64,000 bases of DNA from the human T2T-CHM13v2.0 reference genome, Homo sapiens (GCF_009914755.1 NC_060939.1); one strand, 5' to 3'. Shown: positions 31,091-51,301, counted from the stretch's first letter. Notes: generated from the letters alone by a model not told the origin. Translations and numbers: made by a program.

Positions 31091-32993
31091 ATTAACTTTA
31101 CCAGCATTTCTTAGTTTTCACCTTAGGTGGGACAGGATGGCTAAAGAGGCTAAAGTTGGGTATTTTTCTTTCCACAGCAAGGTTAGGCTTTAATAAAACC
31201 CCAGTAGGTTAGGCTCCTACCACTTCAGGCCTTACTCCCAGAGACTCTGATTCGCCTAGTCTGGGGTACAAGCCAGGGATCTGTATTTTAAAAAGCTCCT
31301 CAGATTAGCTGGGTGTGGGGGCTCACACCTGTAGTCCCAGCTACTTGGGGGACTGAGGCAGGAAGATAGCTTTAGCCTAGAAGGCGGAAGTTACAGTGAG
31401 CTGAAATCATGCCACTGCACTCCAGCCTGGGCGACAGAGTGAGACCCTGTCTTAAAAAAAAAAAAAAAAAGAGCTCCTCACAGAATTCAGATGCTTATGG
31501 CCAGAAGCAGAAGACCACACTTTTGGAGCTGCACCAAGCTCTTTGCTTAACATTACAAGGGAAAGCCTCATATCACCACCATTCCCTCCTCAAGACTCTC
31601 AATACCACCCCATGCCCCATTCACGCAAAAAAATCTGGAGGTTCATTGCTCCAATGTCTAATTTGGTTCTTTCCTTCCCCACCTTTTTCCCTGGGCTCTT
31701 ATCACTCCCACACTAATGCATATCTAGTTTTACACAAGAGGATGTTTTCGCAACAGAATCTAGAACTTGGGGTGTTTGTTAATTATACAACAAATTCAAA
31801 TTAAAGATCAACATCATACAGAATTAGGGACACGTGGGTCATGCTATGACATATTCCAGATACCTGTCTTTTCAACAATCACCAGCAATAGTGTGTTAAC
31901 ATTGAATACAAGTTGGGACAAGAAATATACATCATGTGCCTGGAACATCTTGTCATACAAGACAGCAAATAAACCATCACACTACAAGATTTTTGTCAAG
32001 AGCTCACTGTAACCTCCGCCTCCCAGGTTCAAGTGATTCTCCCACCTCAGCCTCCCAAGTAGCTGGGACTACAGGCACACGCCATCACACCCTGCTAATT
32101 TTTGTATTTTTTCGTAGAGACAGGCTTTCACCATGTTGGCCAGGCTGGTCTCAACCTCCTGACCTCAAGCGATCCACCATCCACTGGGATTACAGGCGTG
32201 AGCCACCTCGCACGGCCTGTGTAATTCTATTTATATGACATTCTGGAAAGGGCAAAACTATAGGAACAGAAAACATCAGTGTTTGCCTGGGGTAGAAAAT
32301 GGGAGGGTATGACTGTAAAGGATTTGGCGAGAGGGTTGGAGGAGTGGTAGAACTAAATCTTGATTATATGCATTTGCAAAACTCATGGAAATGTATACCT
32401 GGAAGAATAGATCTGGAGCTCAGGAAAGAAAGATGAGGTTTGGAAGTCAATTACCAGGCAATAATTAAAGTCCCAATAATGGGCACTATAGTCCAGGGAT
32501 AGCATATAGCATGAGAAGAGTCAACAGCTAAGGACAGAACCCTGAGGAACACCGACATTTAAGGGATACGCACAGGACGAGGTCTATTCAAGGGCAACTG
32601 AGAAGCAGCAGCTAGGAACATAGAGGAAAATCCAGCAGTGGGTGATGCCAAAGAGACCAAGAGGATCTTTAAGAGAAGTCAACAGTGCTAAATATTCCAA
32701 AGAGCTCAAATCAGAGGAAGACTGAAAATGTACATTAGATTTAGCAACTAGGAGGTCCTTGGTGATTTTGACAGAGGTTTTAAATCGGAGTAAAGGCCCC
32801 AGAAGTCAAATGCCAGTGGTTTGAGGAGAGAACGGGAGGTAAGCAAGTGGAAGCACTGAGCGCAGTGGCTCACCCCTATAATCCCAGCATTTTGGGAGGC
32901 CAAGGCAGATGGATCACCTGAGGTCAGGAGTTTGAGACTAGCCTGGCCAACATGGTGAAACCCCATATCTACTAAAAATACAAAAATTAGCTA

Positions 32994-33158
<165 letters not shown>

Positions 33159-33244
33159 CTACTTCACCCCATGTGTATAGCTGAAAGCTTAGCAAGTTAA
33201 TGCTGAATCTGACATTAGAACTCAGGTCTCTTATTACATATATG

Positions 33245-33390
33245 TAGGGGAAACATATGTTCCAGTTTGGATGGAATAGTCCCTGTTCATGCCTGTTACC
33301 TTATTGTAATTATTAATACCACCTGCTTTTATTCTCAAATACATTGAGAAAAATTTGATTAAAGGTGATAACTTTCTATAGTCAGCCTAC
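33245..33390 (+). mobile_element. MER94-like hAT-Blackjack MITE
   Basis: TAGGG...CATATGTTCCAGTTTG...TAATTATTAATA...TAGTCAGCCTA; related copy at ~61677-61795. Confidence 0.55.
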
Positions 33391-33579
33391 TTATATGGCA
33401 TAGGCTTTGAGGCTGGCAAGCATTCTTGGTTACTTAAGATCATTTTTCTTTTATATTATCTCAAAGATTTAAGTCTCTTACATTCTCAAATGTCACTTTA
33501 TAAATGAAGTAATGCACATACATAAAAGCAGGCCCCAGACTATAAAGTGCTAAACAAAGGTTAGGATTAAAAAGAATAA

Positions 33580-36640
<3,061 letters not shown>

Positions 36641-37644
36641 TATACTTAATGAACAACGAATACTCAGTTCTTTTTTTAAAAATGTTAGTTCTGCAGCCAG
36701 GTGCAGTGGTTCACATCTCTAATCCCAGCACTTTGGGAGACCGAGGCAGGAGGATTGCTTGAGGCCAGGAGTTTGAGACCAGCCTGGGCAACAAAACAAG
36801 ACCCCATCTCTACAAAAAAAAAAATTTTTTTAATTAGCCAGACATGATGACATGTGGTCGCAGTCCCAGCTACTCGGGAGGCTAAGATGAGAGGATTGCT
36901 TGAGCCCAGGAGTTCAAGGTTACTGTGAGCTATGATATGGCCACTGCACTATAGCTTGGGCAACAGAGTAAGACCCTGTCTCTAAATAATAATAATAATG
37001 TTATCTCATTGTTAGCATTATTGTTGCAATTATTTTTGTTTGCAAGGCCGGAAACTCTCTTCATCATTCATCAATTTTTGTCATGGAAGACAATGGTGAA
37101 ATGGGATTCTTCTCATAGAAACTTGTGTCACCATCAAACTTGTTGTAATTTCCCCATTCTATTAATCAAGAACTCCCCAAGTAAATGAATCCAGATTTGC
37201 TAGCTGGTAGCTTTGTGTTTTGGCTGCAATCATCTGAAAATAGCTTTCCCTTTCGACCTCATTTTGTTGAGATAAGTTTAGGCATGAAACAGTAGTCAGG
37301 TGCAGTAAGTGGGGATCCTGAATCCCAGCAGATGAGGCTGGATGAGGACCTGACCTCAAGGATTCTTGTTTGTTTCCTCCACCCATCCACAACAGCATGC
37401 CTCTCTCCCTTATGCCCTCCCTCCTGCTGCACCCTTCCCACAACATCCTGTAATCCTTGCTTCTTCCTTGGCCTGCTTTCTCATGCTCCATTCTCTATGT
37501 CTAAACTAGAGAGAATTCTCTTAATTAAAACTGGAGCAGGGATGGATATTGAACATAAAGAACGGGATGGGGAGGGAGAGTGGGCTGGTGCGGTGGCTCA
37601 CGCCTATAATCCCAGCACTTCAGGAGGCCGAAGCAGGCAGATCA

Positions 37645-37875
<231 letters not shown>

Positions 37876-39884
37876 TTAAAAATTAAGAAAAAAAAGAACA
37901 AGGGGGAATCCAGAACGATGCTAGCTAATAGAGGCACGTGTGTTGCCAATTTGAAAAGACATCTGAGGCTGGGCATGGTGGCTCATACCTGTAATCCCAG
38001 CACTTTGGGAGGCCAAGGCAGGTGGATCACCTGAGGTCAGGAGTTTGAGACCAGCCTGGCCAACATGGTGAAAACCCATCTCTACTAAAAATACAAAAAT
38101 CAGCCGTGCATGATAGCACGCACCTCAGGAGGCTGAGGCAAAAGAATCGCTTGAACCCAGCAGGCGAAGGTTGCGGTGAACGGAGATCGCGCCATTGCAC
38201 TCCAACCTGGGCAACAAGAGCGAAACTCCATCTCAAAAAAAAAAGACATCTGAGAAGAGAACAGACAGCTGTCACTGCTGTGGCAGCAGCCCTGCCTCAG
38301 GTGTGTGGCCCCTCCCAGCTCCAGCCGCTTGACCTCTGCTGTCTGCCCTCTCCCATTCCCCTCCTGGGATACACATTTAGAGAACAACTGGCTCAGCAAC
38401 AATTAGCCTTTTCAGAAATGCCAGTGAGTTGCCACTTCTTACTCCTGTGCTGGGGCTTTTAACCGTTTCAGGAGTGCCAGCTTCCCCATCTCCTCTCAGC
38501 TTCACAGGCAAGCCTGAGGGGCTGCGTGAAGACAAGTGGCTCTTGGTTTTCCTTACCTGGACCTGCAAGCCAACTATTAAAGTATTCAGGAGAGATGATC
38601 TTGCTGTGCAGGCACAGAACTGGACCAGACACAAGCCCAGATGGTGGAGGAGAGGGGGTGGGTTGGGGAAGCTTCCAGGGTCATCATGGGAAATAGCACA
38701 GAACATGGGCTCCCTTCTAGATTCCGTGTATTCCTGGGGACCTAGAAGCCAGGTGTCCTCCCCAAGCATCACAAGGGTTAGACCACTCTGCAGGGTATTT
38801 AGGAGTCCAGGGCACTTCTGTGTGTTACCCACAACCCAGATGGATGAAAATTGCAAGGTGTATACTTATTTGCTGCCTTGTTCTCTGAGGGACCCGTCTG
38901 CCTCCACTACCACACACTTCAGTCTTACATCCTGAAATATCTGACATCTGACATTCCCCCTGCAAGAGAAGTACAGAGAAAAGTGGAAAGTGAATGAATT
39001 ATTTTGCATGCTGGGTAAAAGCATTTAAACAAATGGTGATTAAACCCAAAAATGTTTCACAAGACCTGTTTCACAATTTTTCTGCATTTATAATAAAGTA
39101 GATCAAGTCTTCTTATGACTCAGTCTTCATAAGACTCAGTCTTCACAGATCCCACCAGGAGATGCTCTGGAAAAGTTTCGACATGGAGATTGACATCTTT
39201 ATTCATTCCTAATCCAGTTCTTGAAAAGAGTAAACAGAGATATGAACAAGAGACAAATACATTTATCCAGGGAGGCAAAACAGTATTCTCAAAGTCACCC
39301 AATCAACCAAGACAGTTTCTAGTGAAGACCTGATTCATCAACAAATCTTTTCTTCTTCTCCTTCTCCTTCTTTTTCCTTCTTTCTTTTTTAAGACAGGGT
39401 TTTGCTCTGTTGCCCAGGTGGGAGTGCTGTCATGATCATGGCTTATTGCAGACTTGACCTCCCAAGCTCAAGCGATCTTCCTGCCTCTTTTTTTTTTTTT
39501 TTTTTGTATTTTTTGGTAGAGATAATCTCACCATGTTGCCCAAGGAGTCTCACTATGTTGCCCAGGCTGGTCTCAAACTCCTGGGCTCAAGCAGTTCTCC
39601 TGCCTCAGCCTCCCAAAGTGCTGAGATTACAAGCATTAGCCATCACACCCAGCAATCAACAAGTCTTTATGTAATGCCCAAAATGTGCTCAATCCCAGTG
39701 CTAGGAGCTGGGATGGAGGCAACAAAGAAATTGACCTGCCCCATTTAAGTGTCATGTATGGTTCAAAAATTGTATGAACCATACATATTCAAACCATACA
39801 TGGTTCAAAAATTAAATTTAAAAAAAAACTGACGTGCCCTGAAGAAGCTTATGGCTCATCCAGGGAAACCAAATTAACACAGGG

Positions 39885-40335
39885 TATCAATTGTCCATTG
39901 CTTTGTAACAACTAACCCAAAATTTAGTGGCTTAAAATAACAACCATGTACTGAGCTCACTAGTCTGTGGTTTAGGTGGGTATACTGCTGATTGGGGTGG
40001 GACTGGCTGATCTTGGCTGGACTCACTCAAGGAAGTTGGCTAGAGTCTGGCTGGTCTATGGTGGCCTCAACCAGGGCAATTCCTCTCTGTTTCATATGGT
40101 CTTTTATCTTCCAGCAGGCTCCCTGGGTTTGTTGTTGTGGTCGTGGCAGGATTCCAAGAGAAGGTAAAGGTCGATGAGGTCTCTTAAGACCTGGCCTCAA
40201 AACTAGCATGCCATCACCTCCAATGCATTGGACTGATCAAGGCAAGTCACCAGGCCAGCCCAGATTCAAGGAGGGGGAAAACAGACCATACATTTTCACA
40301 GGAGGATATGTAAAGTCACTTTGTAAAGGGAATAA
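39885..40335. mobile_element. MaLR (MLT1-type) LTR
   Basis: Typical ATTGCTTTGTAACAA...AAAATTTAGTGGCTTAAAATAACAA terminus. Confidence 0.65.
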
Positions 40336-41482
40336 ATACAGGAAGGAAATAAAATTGGGCCACAATGACACAGGAAGTAACAAGAAAAACCAGCAAGTGG
40401 CTAAAGGCCACTCTGTGCTGGGAAGAAGTTGACCAGGTCCCAGGGCTAGAACCCAGGCCAGGCTTCTTGTCATAAGTCAGGGTAGCAAACCACTCATACT
40501 GCTCCCAGTCCCTCTGGGAAATAGTTAACATTTGTTGTAGGCCGACAGCCAGTGTCAGTTTCAAGAAGGCTTTTAAAGGTGGGTGGTGCTGGAGGTGGTT
40601 CCCAGGCTTGGAATGGGAGATCCAGCATCTCCTTTGGAACTCTCTGTGTCCTTCGCTCCTTAAACAAGCTAGATAGGCACTCCTGGGCCCCCCATTTTCC
40701 AGATGAAATTGGGGCCCTGTATGGAAGCTGCCAAACCGTTTTTGAGTCACTGAGGAAACCCTTAGATACTCTCTCCTCTGTGGAGACCTACAGACTTCCT
40801 GGATTAACCATAGCAGCCTATGCAGCCTGATCTCACATTGACTCTTCTTCTTCCTGTCATCCTTTGGCTATGATTTGGCTAGGAATGGATACAGATTTAT
40901 TCTGATGGAGCAGGCTTTTGTTTACTCTCCAAAACCTTCAAGGAGTTTTGTGTGTGTGTGTGTTTTGCCCCAAAATTACATTTGTTATCTGTAGGAGGGT
41001 TGGTTTGTAAGGAACTTACCCTGCCATAAGCCACATAATTCAAAATAACTGTTAATTTTTTCCCCGAATTAAATCTGCTGTAAAAATTCTATGGTATGAG
41101 AGGCATCATACCATAGAATGAACAGAGTACTGGACTTTAAAACAGAATACCTGATTGTAAAAATTCCATATAATCTTGGAATTGAGAAGACCTCCTTAAT
41201 TGTCGTTCAAAAATCCAAAAACCATAACAGAAAAGATTAAGAAATTCTACTACATAAAAAAAACCTATCCATATTAAAAGCCACCATATTCAAAAAGTCA
41301 AAATACAAACAGGGAAAAATATTTTCACATCACAGACAAATATCTAATCTGAATATATAAAGAGTCCCAAGTAATAAATAGGAAAAAGACCAATAACTGA
41401 AAAGAAAAAAATGGACAGAGGCTGGGCACAGTGGCTCATGCCTGTAATCTCAGCACTTTGGGAGGCTGAGGCGGGTGGATTA

Positions 41483-41674
<192 letters not shown>

Positions 41675-42901
41675 CTAGGAGGCAGAGCAAGACTGCCTCA
41701 AAAAAAAAAAAAAGGACAAAGAATATGAACAGACTTCAAGAAAAGAAACTACAAATGGTTCTTAACTATGTGAAAAGATATTAAAAGATAAAAGCAAAGA
41801 CCAGGCGCAGTGGCTCATGCCTGTAATCCTAGCACTTTGGGAGGCCGAGGCAGGTGGATCACTTGAGCTCAGGAGGTAGAGACCAGCCTGGCCAAAATGG
41901 CAAAACCCTGCCTCTACTAAAAATACAAAAAAATTAGCTGGGTGTGGTGGCGGGTGCCTGCAATCCCAGCTACTCGGGAGGTTGAGGCAGGAGAATCTCT
42001 TGAACTGGGAGGAGGAGGTTGCAGTGAGCCGAGATCATGCCACTGCGCTCCAACCTGGGCAACAGACCAAGACTCCATCTCAAAAAAAGAAAAAAAATTA
42101 AATAACTGGTGATCAACTGGATACAGAGTAGGACTAAATACAACTGTGAAAATCTAGGGACGTGAATCAGAATTTTGAGGTCTCATCTTAGATAAAAAAA
42201 GGAAAATTGTAAAAAGGACAAACAGGCCATTGCTTCTGATAATGAGTGTCAAGGACATAATATTAGGAACCATGTTTATTGAAATCATATAAACATGAAG
42301 GACAATGCTGAGAAATATTATTCTTTTATTACAAGACCCTAAAAAACTGCTGTTTAAAATCATACCAGGGAAAAAGAGGAATTAATTTGGAGGAATCACA
42401 CTTCCCGATTTCAACACTTACTACAAAGTTACAGTAATCAAAATAGTGTGGTCTTGGCATAAGGACAATTGAGAGTCCAGAAATAAACTCATACATCCAT
42501 ATCCAATTGATTTTTGACAAGGACGCCAAAACCATTCAGTGGGGAAAGAATGATCTCTTCAATAAATGGTGCTTGGTAAAATGTAAAAGAATGAGTTTGG
42601 ACCGTTACTTTACACCATATACAAAAGTTAACTAAAAATTGATCAAAGACCTACATATAAGAGCTAAAATCAGGATGGGCGTGGTAGCTCATGCCATCTA
42701 TAGGTTCAGCAGTCTGTAAACAAAAAATGGCATAGTACTTGGGAGACTAAAACTCTGTCTACCAAAAAGAAAGGGGGAAAATGATAACATTGTATTGTAA
42801 GATTTATAATGACTCTGCCTCCAAGAAAAAAAAAAATAGGCCAGGCGTGGTGGCTCACGCCTGTAATCTCAGCACTTTGGGAGGCTGAGGCGGGTGGATC
42901 A

Positions 42902-44678
<1,777 letters not shown>

Positions 44679-45028
44679 AAGCAATGAGAAGTCAATGGAA
44701 ATATTTGAAGCTTGCTATTGTCCTTGACACATACTATCCCAGCAGCAGAACTAGAAGACTATCAGTGAAGAGCATACGACAGGACAGAGCTGAGTACTCA
44801 AGAATTGAGGGTCCCTTGCAGTTGTCACTATGTGGGGCTTTCATTTTGGTGAAACTTCCAAACTGTTAATAAGATAAGGAGCCCAACTGAAAGATGCTGA
44901 ACATATTAAATTTGCTGAGCAGCAGATACCTGCATTAGTTTGGAAATACAGTCTTTCCCCAAAATGTTTCAGCTGTTCATATATATATTATATATAATAT
45001 ACACACACACACACACCCCTCCATATAC

Positions 45029-45065
<37 letters not shown>

Positions 45066-45105
45066 TGGGTATGCACAGAGGATTCTGAATGGCTCTAACA
45101 GCGGG

Positions 45106-46112
45106 TGTGATGGTTAATTTTATGTGTAAACTTGACTGGGCCACAAGATGCCCAAATAGCTGGTTAAACACTATTTCTGGCTGTGTCTGTGAGGGTGTTT
45201 CCAGAAGAAATTAGCATTTGAATTGGTGGACTGAGTAAAGGAGGTGGCCCTCCCCAATGTGGGTGGGCATCTGTTGAGAACCTGAATAGAACAAAAGGCA
45301 GAAGAAGGTTGAGTGAACTCTGCCTGACCCTTTGAATTTGGACATGGTTCTTCTGTCCATGGTGCTCTCGTTCTTGGGCCTTCAGACCTGGAATGGAATC
45401 TAAACCATCAACTCTTCAGCTCTCAGGCCTTTGAAACACACCACTGGTTTTTTTGGGTCTCCAGCTTGCAGATGACAAATTATGGACTGTCTCAGCCTCC
45501 ATAATCTCATGAGCTCTTATATACATATAAAGAGATATTACATGAGCTCTTTATATACATATAAAGAGATATTATATATTATATACAGATTATTATATAT
45601 AAAGATATATATCATATATAATATATGAAGATATATTATGTAAAAGATATATAGTATATATAATATATCGATATATAATATATATAATATATTATACATA
45701 AAGATATATATTTATAAATGGAAAAAGAATATGAACATATATATTATATAAAGATATGTTACATATTATATTATATATTATACATTATATATTATATATA
45801 AAGATATATAATATATAAAATATATATTAAATATAATACATATAAATATATATTAAATATAATACATATAAAGATATATAATATATAATACATATAAAGA
45901 TATATATTATATATAATACATATAAAGATGTTATATATAATACATCTAAAGATATATATTATATATTACATATAAAGATATGTTATATATAATACCTATA
46001 AAGATATATATTATATATATAAAGAGATTTATTTTGAGGTATTGGCTCATGAGAGCCAATTATATATGTATTATATATAATCAGTCTTTTCAAAACCCTC
46101 TTGTCGAGATAC
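45106..46112 (+). mobile_element. MLT2 (ERVL) solo LTR with expanded, inverted internal AT-rich block (~45514-46053)
   Basis: Starts TGTGATGGTTAATTTTATGTG...CTTGACTGGGCCAC and runs to CAGCCTCCATAATC; the expected next segment appears reverse-complemented at 46021-46053. Confidence 0.8.
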
Positions 46113-46904
46113 CCCATGGTTCCCCACTGCAATGAGTAATAAATCCAACTTGTTTAACTACAGGTGTTTTCCTGGTGGCCCTTGACTGGAGGGCATTGAC
46201 AATATATATTAATTATATTTCTCAAAAGCAAAAAGCAATACAAGCTATTTATATGTTTTTCTTCGTTTTTATAAAGCAAACATTTTTGTAACCACACTGG
46301 GTCAAGGAATAGAACTTTATCAGCTATCCCAGAGGCCCTCCACATGTCCCATTTCAATTATCACCCACTCCCTCTCCCAAAAAGTAACCACTCCCCAAAC
46401 TCTTGTAGTAATCATTTCCCTGTTCTTTACAGTTTCATCACTAAGTGTGTATCCCTGGACACTATAGTTTATTGTTGCTCATTTCTTAAAATTTGGGTTC
46501 AAGCAATTTGATGTCTTTTTATAGTTTCTTTTCATCTACAAGTTTTCCCTCCATCCCTTTCTTTTCCTTATAGATTTTCTGTTGAAGAACCCAGGCCTTT
46601 TGACCCACAGTCTTCCAAAGTCTGAATTTTACTGACTGCACATTCATGTTGCAATTCACGTCCCTACATCCTCTGTATTTATTGCATATTGGCTGCTGGT
46701 TCCGGAGGCTTGGTCAGCCTCTGATGCAATCCCTTTGACAACACTATAGGTGCTGTTGTGTTCTTTCATCAGGAGTCACATGATGTCTGATTTTCTCTCC
46801 TTTTATGATGTCAGCAGTTGTTAGGCACAATGTTTAGATCTATTAATTTATTGGTGACTACAAAATAATGACACTAATTCTATAATTTCTTTTTCACATA
46901 ATAA

Positions 46905-47030
<126 letters not shown>

Positions 47031-47400
47031 TGAGTAGCTGGCATTACAGGCGCCCGCCACCACGCCTGGCTAATTTTTGTATTTTTAGTAGAGACGGTTT
47101 CACCATGTTGGCCAGGCTGGTCTCGAACTCCTGTCCTCAGGTGATCTCGGCCTCCCAAAGTGCTGGGATTACAGGCATGAGCCACTGTGCCCAGCTGGAG
47201 TATTTTTAAGAGATACTTCTTTCTAATCTATTTGGTTCTTTTTAGGTATAGTTCATATAGGACAGGTAGAATAAATTCTTGATTTTTTTTTGAGACAGAT
47301 TCTTGCTATATTGTCCAGGCTGGAGTGCAGTGGTGTGATCTCAGCTTACTGTAACCGCCACTTCCTGGGTTCAAGCGATTCTCGTGCCTCGGCCTCCTGA

Positions 47401-47685
<285 letters not shown>

Positions 47686-48433
47686 TAAGTAAACTCTGCA
47701 TCTCCCAATTCTCCCTGCCCCACATTCCCTGGCAACCTCTCATCTACTTTCTGTCCCTATAAATTTACCTATTCTGAACTTTTCATACACATGGAGTCAT
47801 ACAATACACGGCCTTTTGTGTCTGGCTTCTTTCACGTAGCATGCTTTCATGGCTTGTTTATGTATATAGCATAAATGCAAGTTATAGTTTAAGTAGAAAA
47901 TATAAATCACTACAAGAATGATTGAGCACCAAATTTCTCATCCCCCCGGCCGCCGCTGCACAAAGCAGGTTGCCGCAGCTGACTTCAGCTTGGTTGTTCC
48001 TTGCAGTAGCCTGAAGCTCCTGGTGAGCGGGAGCCACGGTGCATGAACAGCAACTGCTGGCCACTACGCAATGCTTCAGGAAGAAAGCTGGTCTGGGGTG
48101 GGGTAGGGAGGTCACATCCCAAGGTGTGTCTCCCTTCAGCTCCTGGCTATGTGGGTTCAGCCTCTGCCATACTTGGCATCACCACCACTCTGCCATCTCA
48201 GATGGACAGGGGCTTTCAGCATTGAGATGTGGGTTCTAATGTGATTGTAGAACCCACGCCAGGGCATGAAGAGTGAGCAGCAGATTACAACTGCTGAGCT
48301 GAGAACCCCTCTCCCCACAAAACTGTGACCAGAGCCTACCCACTTGGACTTCAGCATCTAATGCTATCAGTCCCAAATGAAAGACTGTCTCTCATCCTTC
48401 AAGGAAGGCTTGGCTCAGATAGTCTCAAGACCT

Positions 48434-48833
<400 letters not shown>

Positions 48834-48991
48834 TTATGTGTCAGTTCCCTCAACCATTTTGGGAGGTTCTTGAAAGCAGGGACTGTACTATATTCACTTG
48901 ATACCCTTATTGCCTAATTCGGAGAATACGCTTCATCAATTTGTGATAAGTTAGAGAGGGCGTAAGTCAGCACAGTGATTAGGAGTCTTGT

Positions 48992-49267
<276 letters not shown>

Positions 49268-49449
49268 AGAGTCTTGTCCCTCAAACAGACTGCTTAAGTG
49301 CAGCGGCTACACCTCTTCACTGCTACCTCCTCTTCTTCCTCCCTACAGTAAAACCCAACACAGAATGGGGTTCAGGGTGAGTATTTAGACGAGTGATGAA
49401 TCATTTATGATTCAAAAAATCTCCACCTATAGGATTTCTGAACAATATC

Positions 49450-49455
49450 TTTATT
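49450..49455 (-). terminator. CYP1A1: CYP1A1 polyadenylation signal AATAAA (cleavage ~49430)
   Basis: TTTATT on plus strand, ~0.92 kb past the stop codon, with a U-rich downstream element; a second AATAAA lies at 49612-49617. Confidence 0.85.
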
Positions 49456-50376
49456 TAGCTCAGGTAGTTGTTCTTACACATTTTTGGATACCTGGGTTAG
49501 AATTTTCCCTATTACATTAAATCAATGGTTCTTAAGCTCTTATGCAAGCATGCAAGCTCAATGCAGGCTAGAATAGAAGGATTGTTGTGTACAAACATTA
49601 AAAATAGACATTTTATTACAAGAGTGTAGAGAAGGGAGACCAATAGAAGGTAATTGAAATACCCCCCCCTCACTCCAGCCCTAGTCCTGGTGCCTGGATA
49701 TGTGCACTCCCTGTGCGCTCTGATCCCCGCAGACACAAGTCCCCAGCCCCTCCAGGACAGCAATAAGGGTCTTACAAGGCCAGAAGGCAGCCCTGTTTGT
49801 TCCTGCCTGCAGGAAGGGCAGAGGAATGTGATGTTCCCAGGAACTGTGTCCTAGACCCATAGGGTCAGATTGCTCAGCCTAGTTCAAGCAGTGAGACTAC
49901 CTCTGTGCCAGTATCCTGGGCTGTCTCTTCCCTTCACTCTTGGCAGCTCCCAATTGTCAAAGATTGGACAGGGTCCTGGTTTGGCTAGTTCTAACTTGCT
50001 GAAGCCAGTCAGCACCCTCACAGAGCCAGCTAGGTACTGGGCCCAGGGGCTTCCAGAGAGTTCTTCAGAGCTTCTCAGAGGCCTAAGGACCTCCTAACCC
50101 TAGCAGGCCTCCTGGCTCAAGCACAACTTGGGAAGGCTCCATCAGCATCTATGTGGCCCTGTTTTACCTGTTGTCTCTGGAGGGTGTGCAGAGGCAAGTC
50201 CAGGGTAGGGGCAGGCAGGATCCCTTAGGCTTGCCCACAGCCCAGATAGCAAAACTGCAGCCAGATCAGTGTCTATGAGTTTCAGGCTGAACCTTAGACC
50301 ACATAGGCCAGCCTGCTGGTCTGGCTGCCCAACCAGACCAGGTAGACAGAGTCTAGGCCTCAGGGCTCTCAAGCAC

Positions 50377-50662
50377 CTAAGAGCGCAGCTGCATTTGGAA
50401 GTGCTCACAGCAGGCATGCTTCATGGTTAGCCCATAGATGGGGGTCATGTCCACCTTCACGCCCAGTGGCACGCTGAATTCCACCCGTTGCAGCAGGATA
50501 GCCAGGAAGAGAAAGACCTCCCAGCGGGCAATGGTCTCACCGATACACTTCCGCTTGCCCATGCCAAAGATAATCACCTTCTCACTTAACACCTTGTCGA
50601 TAGCACCATCAGGGGTGAGAAACCGTTCAGGTAGGAACTCAGATGGGTTGACCCATAGCTTC
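50377..50662 (-). CDS. CYP1A1: CYP1A1 exon 7 (heme-binding region)
   Basis: [14 protein letters not shown]...[13 protein letters not shown] (FxxGxRxCxG, Cys457 at 50545-50547); TAG at 50377-50379; acceptor TACAG|G. Confidence 0.99.
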
Positions 50663-50854
50663 CTGTAACCAGAGGGAGACAGCTGAAGTGGCAGTTCAGG
50701 GCTCAGAAGTGTCAAGTGAGTGGAGCTCCAGCCCCAAAGGATAGAGGACAGGCAAGCAGCCCATGGACAGGAGGATCAATGCAATGATTGTATTAATCAT
50801 ATATAAGAGCTTAAGAGGGTGGACCCAGCCTTTCCTCTGCATCTCTGAACTTAC

Positions 50855-50941
50855 TGGTCATGGTTGATCTGCCACTGGTTTACAAAGACACAACGCCCCT
50901 TGGGGATGTAAAAGCCTTTCAAACTTGTGTCTCTTGTTGTG
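50855..50941 (-). CDS. CYP1A1: CYP1A1 exon 6
   Basis: 87 nt, [28 protein letters not shown]; CCCTAG| acceptor and |GTAAG donor. Confidence 0.98.
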
Positions 50942-51086
50942 CTAGGGAGAAAGGAAGCTCAGTCAGGCTCAGGGCAACAGGCAAATCTCCCTGTCTCCCA
51001 TGCCGTGTCCCTCCCACTAACCCTAATCAGGTATGTGGTCCGGAGTAAGATCAGTAACAGACAGCAGTGGCTCCATGGGGCCTTAC

Positions 51087-51210
51087 CTGTGGGGGATGGT
51101 GAAGGGGACGAAGGAAGAGTGTCGGAAGGTCTCCAGGATGAAGGCCTCCATATAGGGCAGATGGGATCTGTCAGAGAGCCGGGGCCGCCGTGACCTGCCA
51201 ATCACTGTGT
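51087..51210 (-). CDS. CYP1A1: CYP1A1 exon 5 (K-helix ExxR)
   Basis: 124 nt, [40 protein letters not shown]; canonical splice sites. Confidence 0.98.
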
Positions 51211-51301
51211 CTGCAGAACACAGGGACAAGATGGATGCAGGGGCTGCCTAGACCTGGCCAGACCCCTGGCACTGACCCCTTTGAAGGGAGCCACTACCTA
51301 C

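Noticed and set aside
38377-38935. Overlapping 159-aa and 168-aa ORFs in unique sequence
   Set aside because: Opposite strands, non-ATG starts, no domain similarity or splice support visible.
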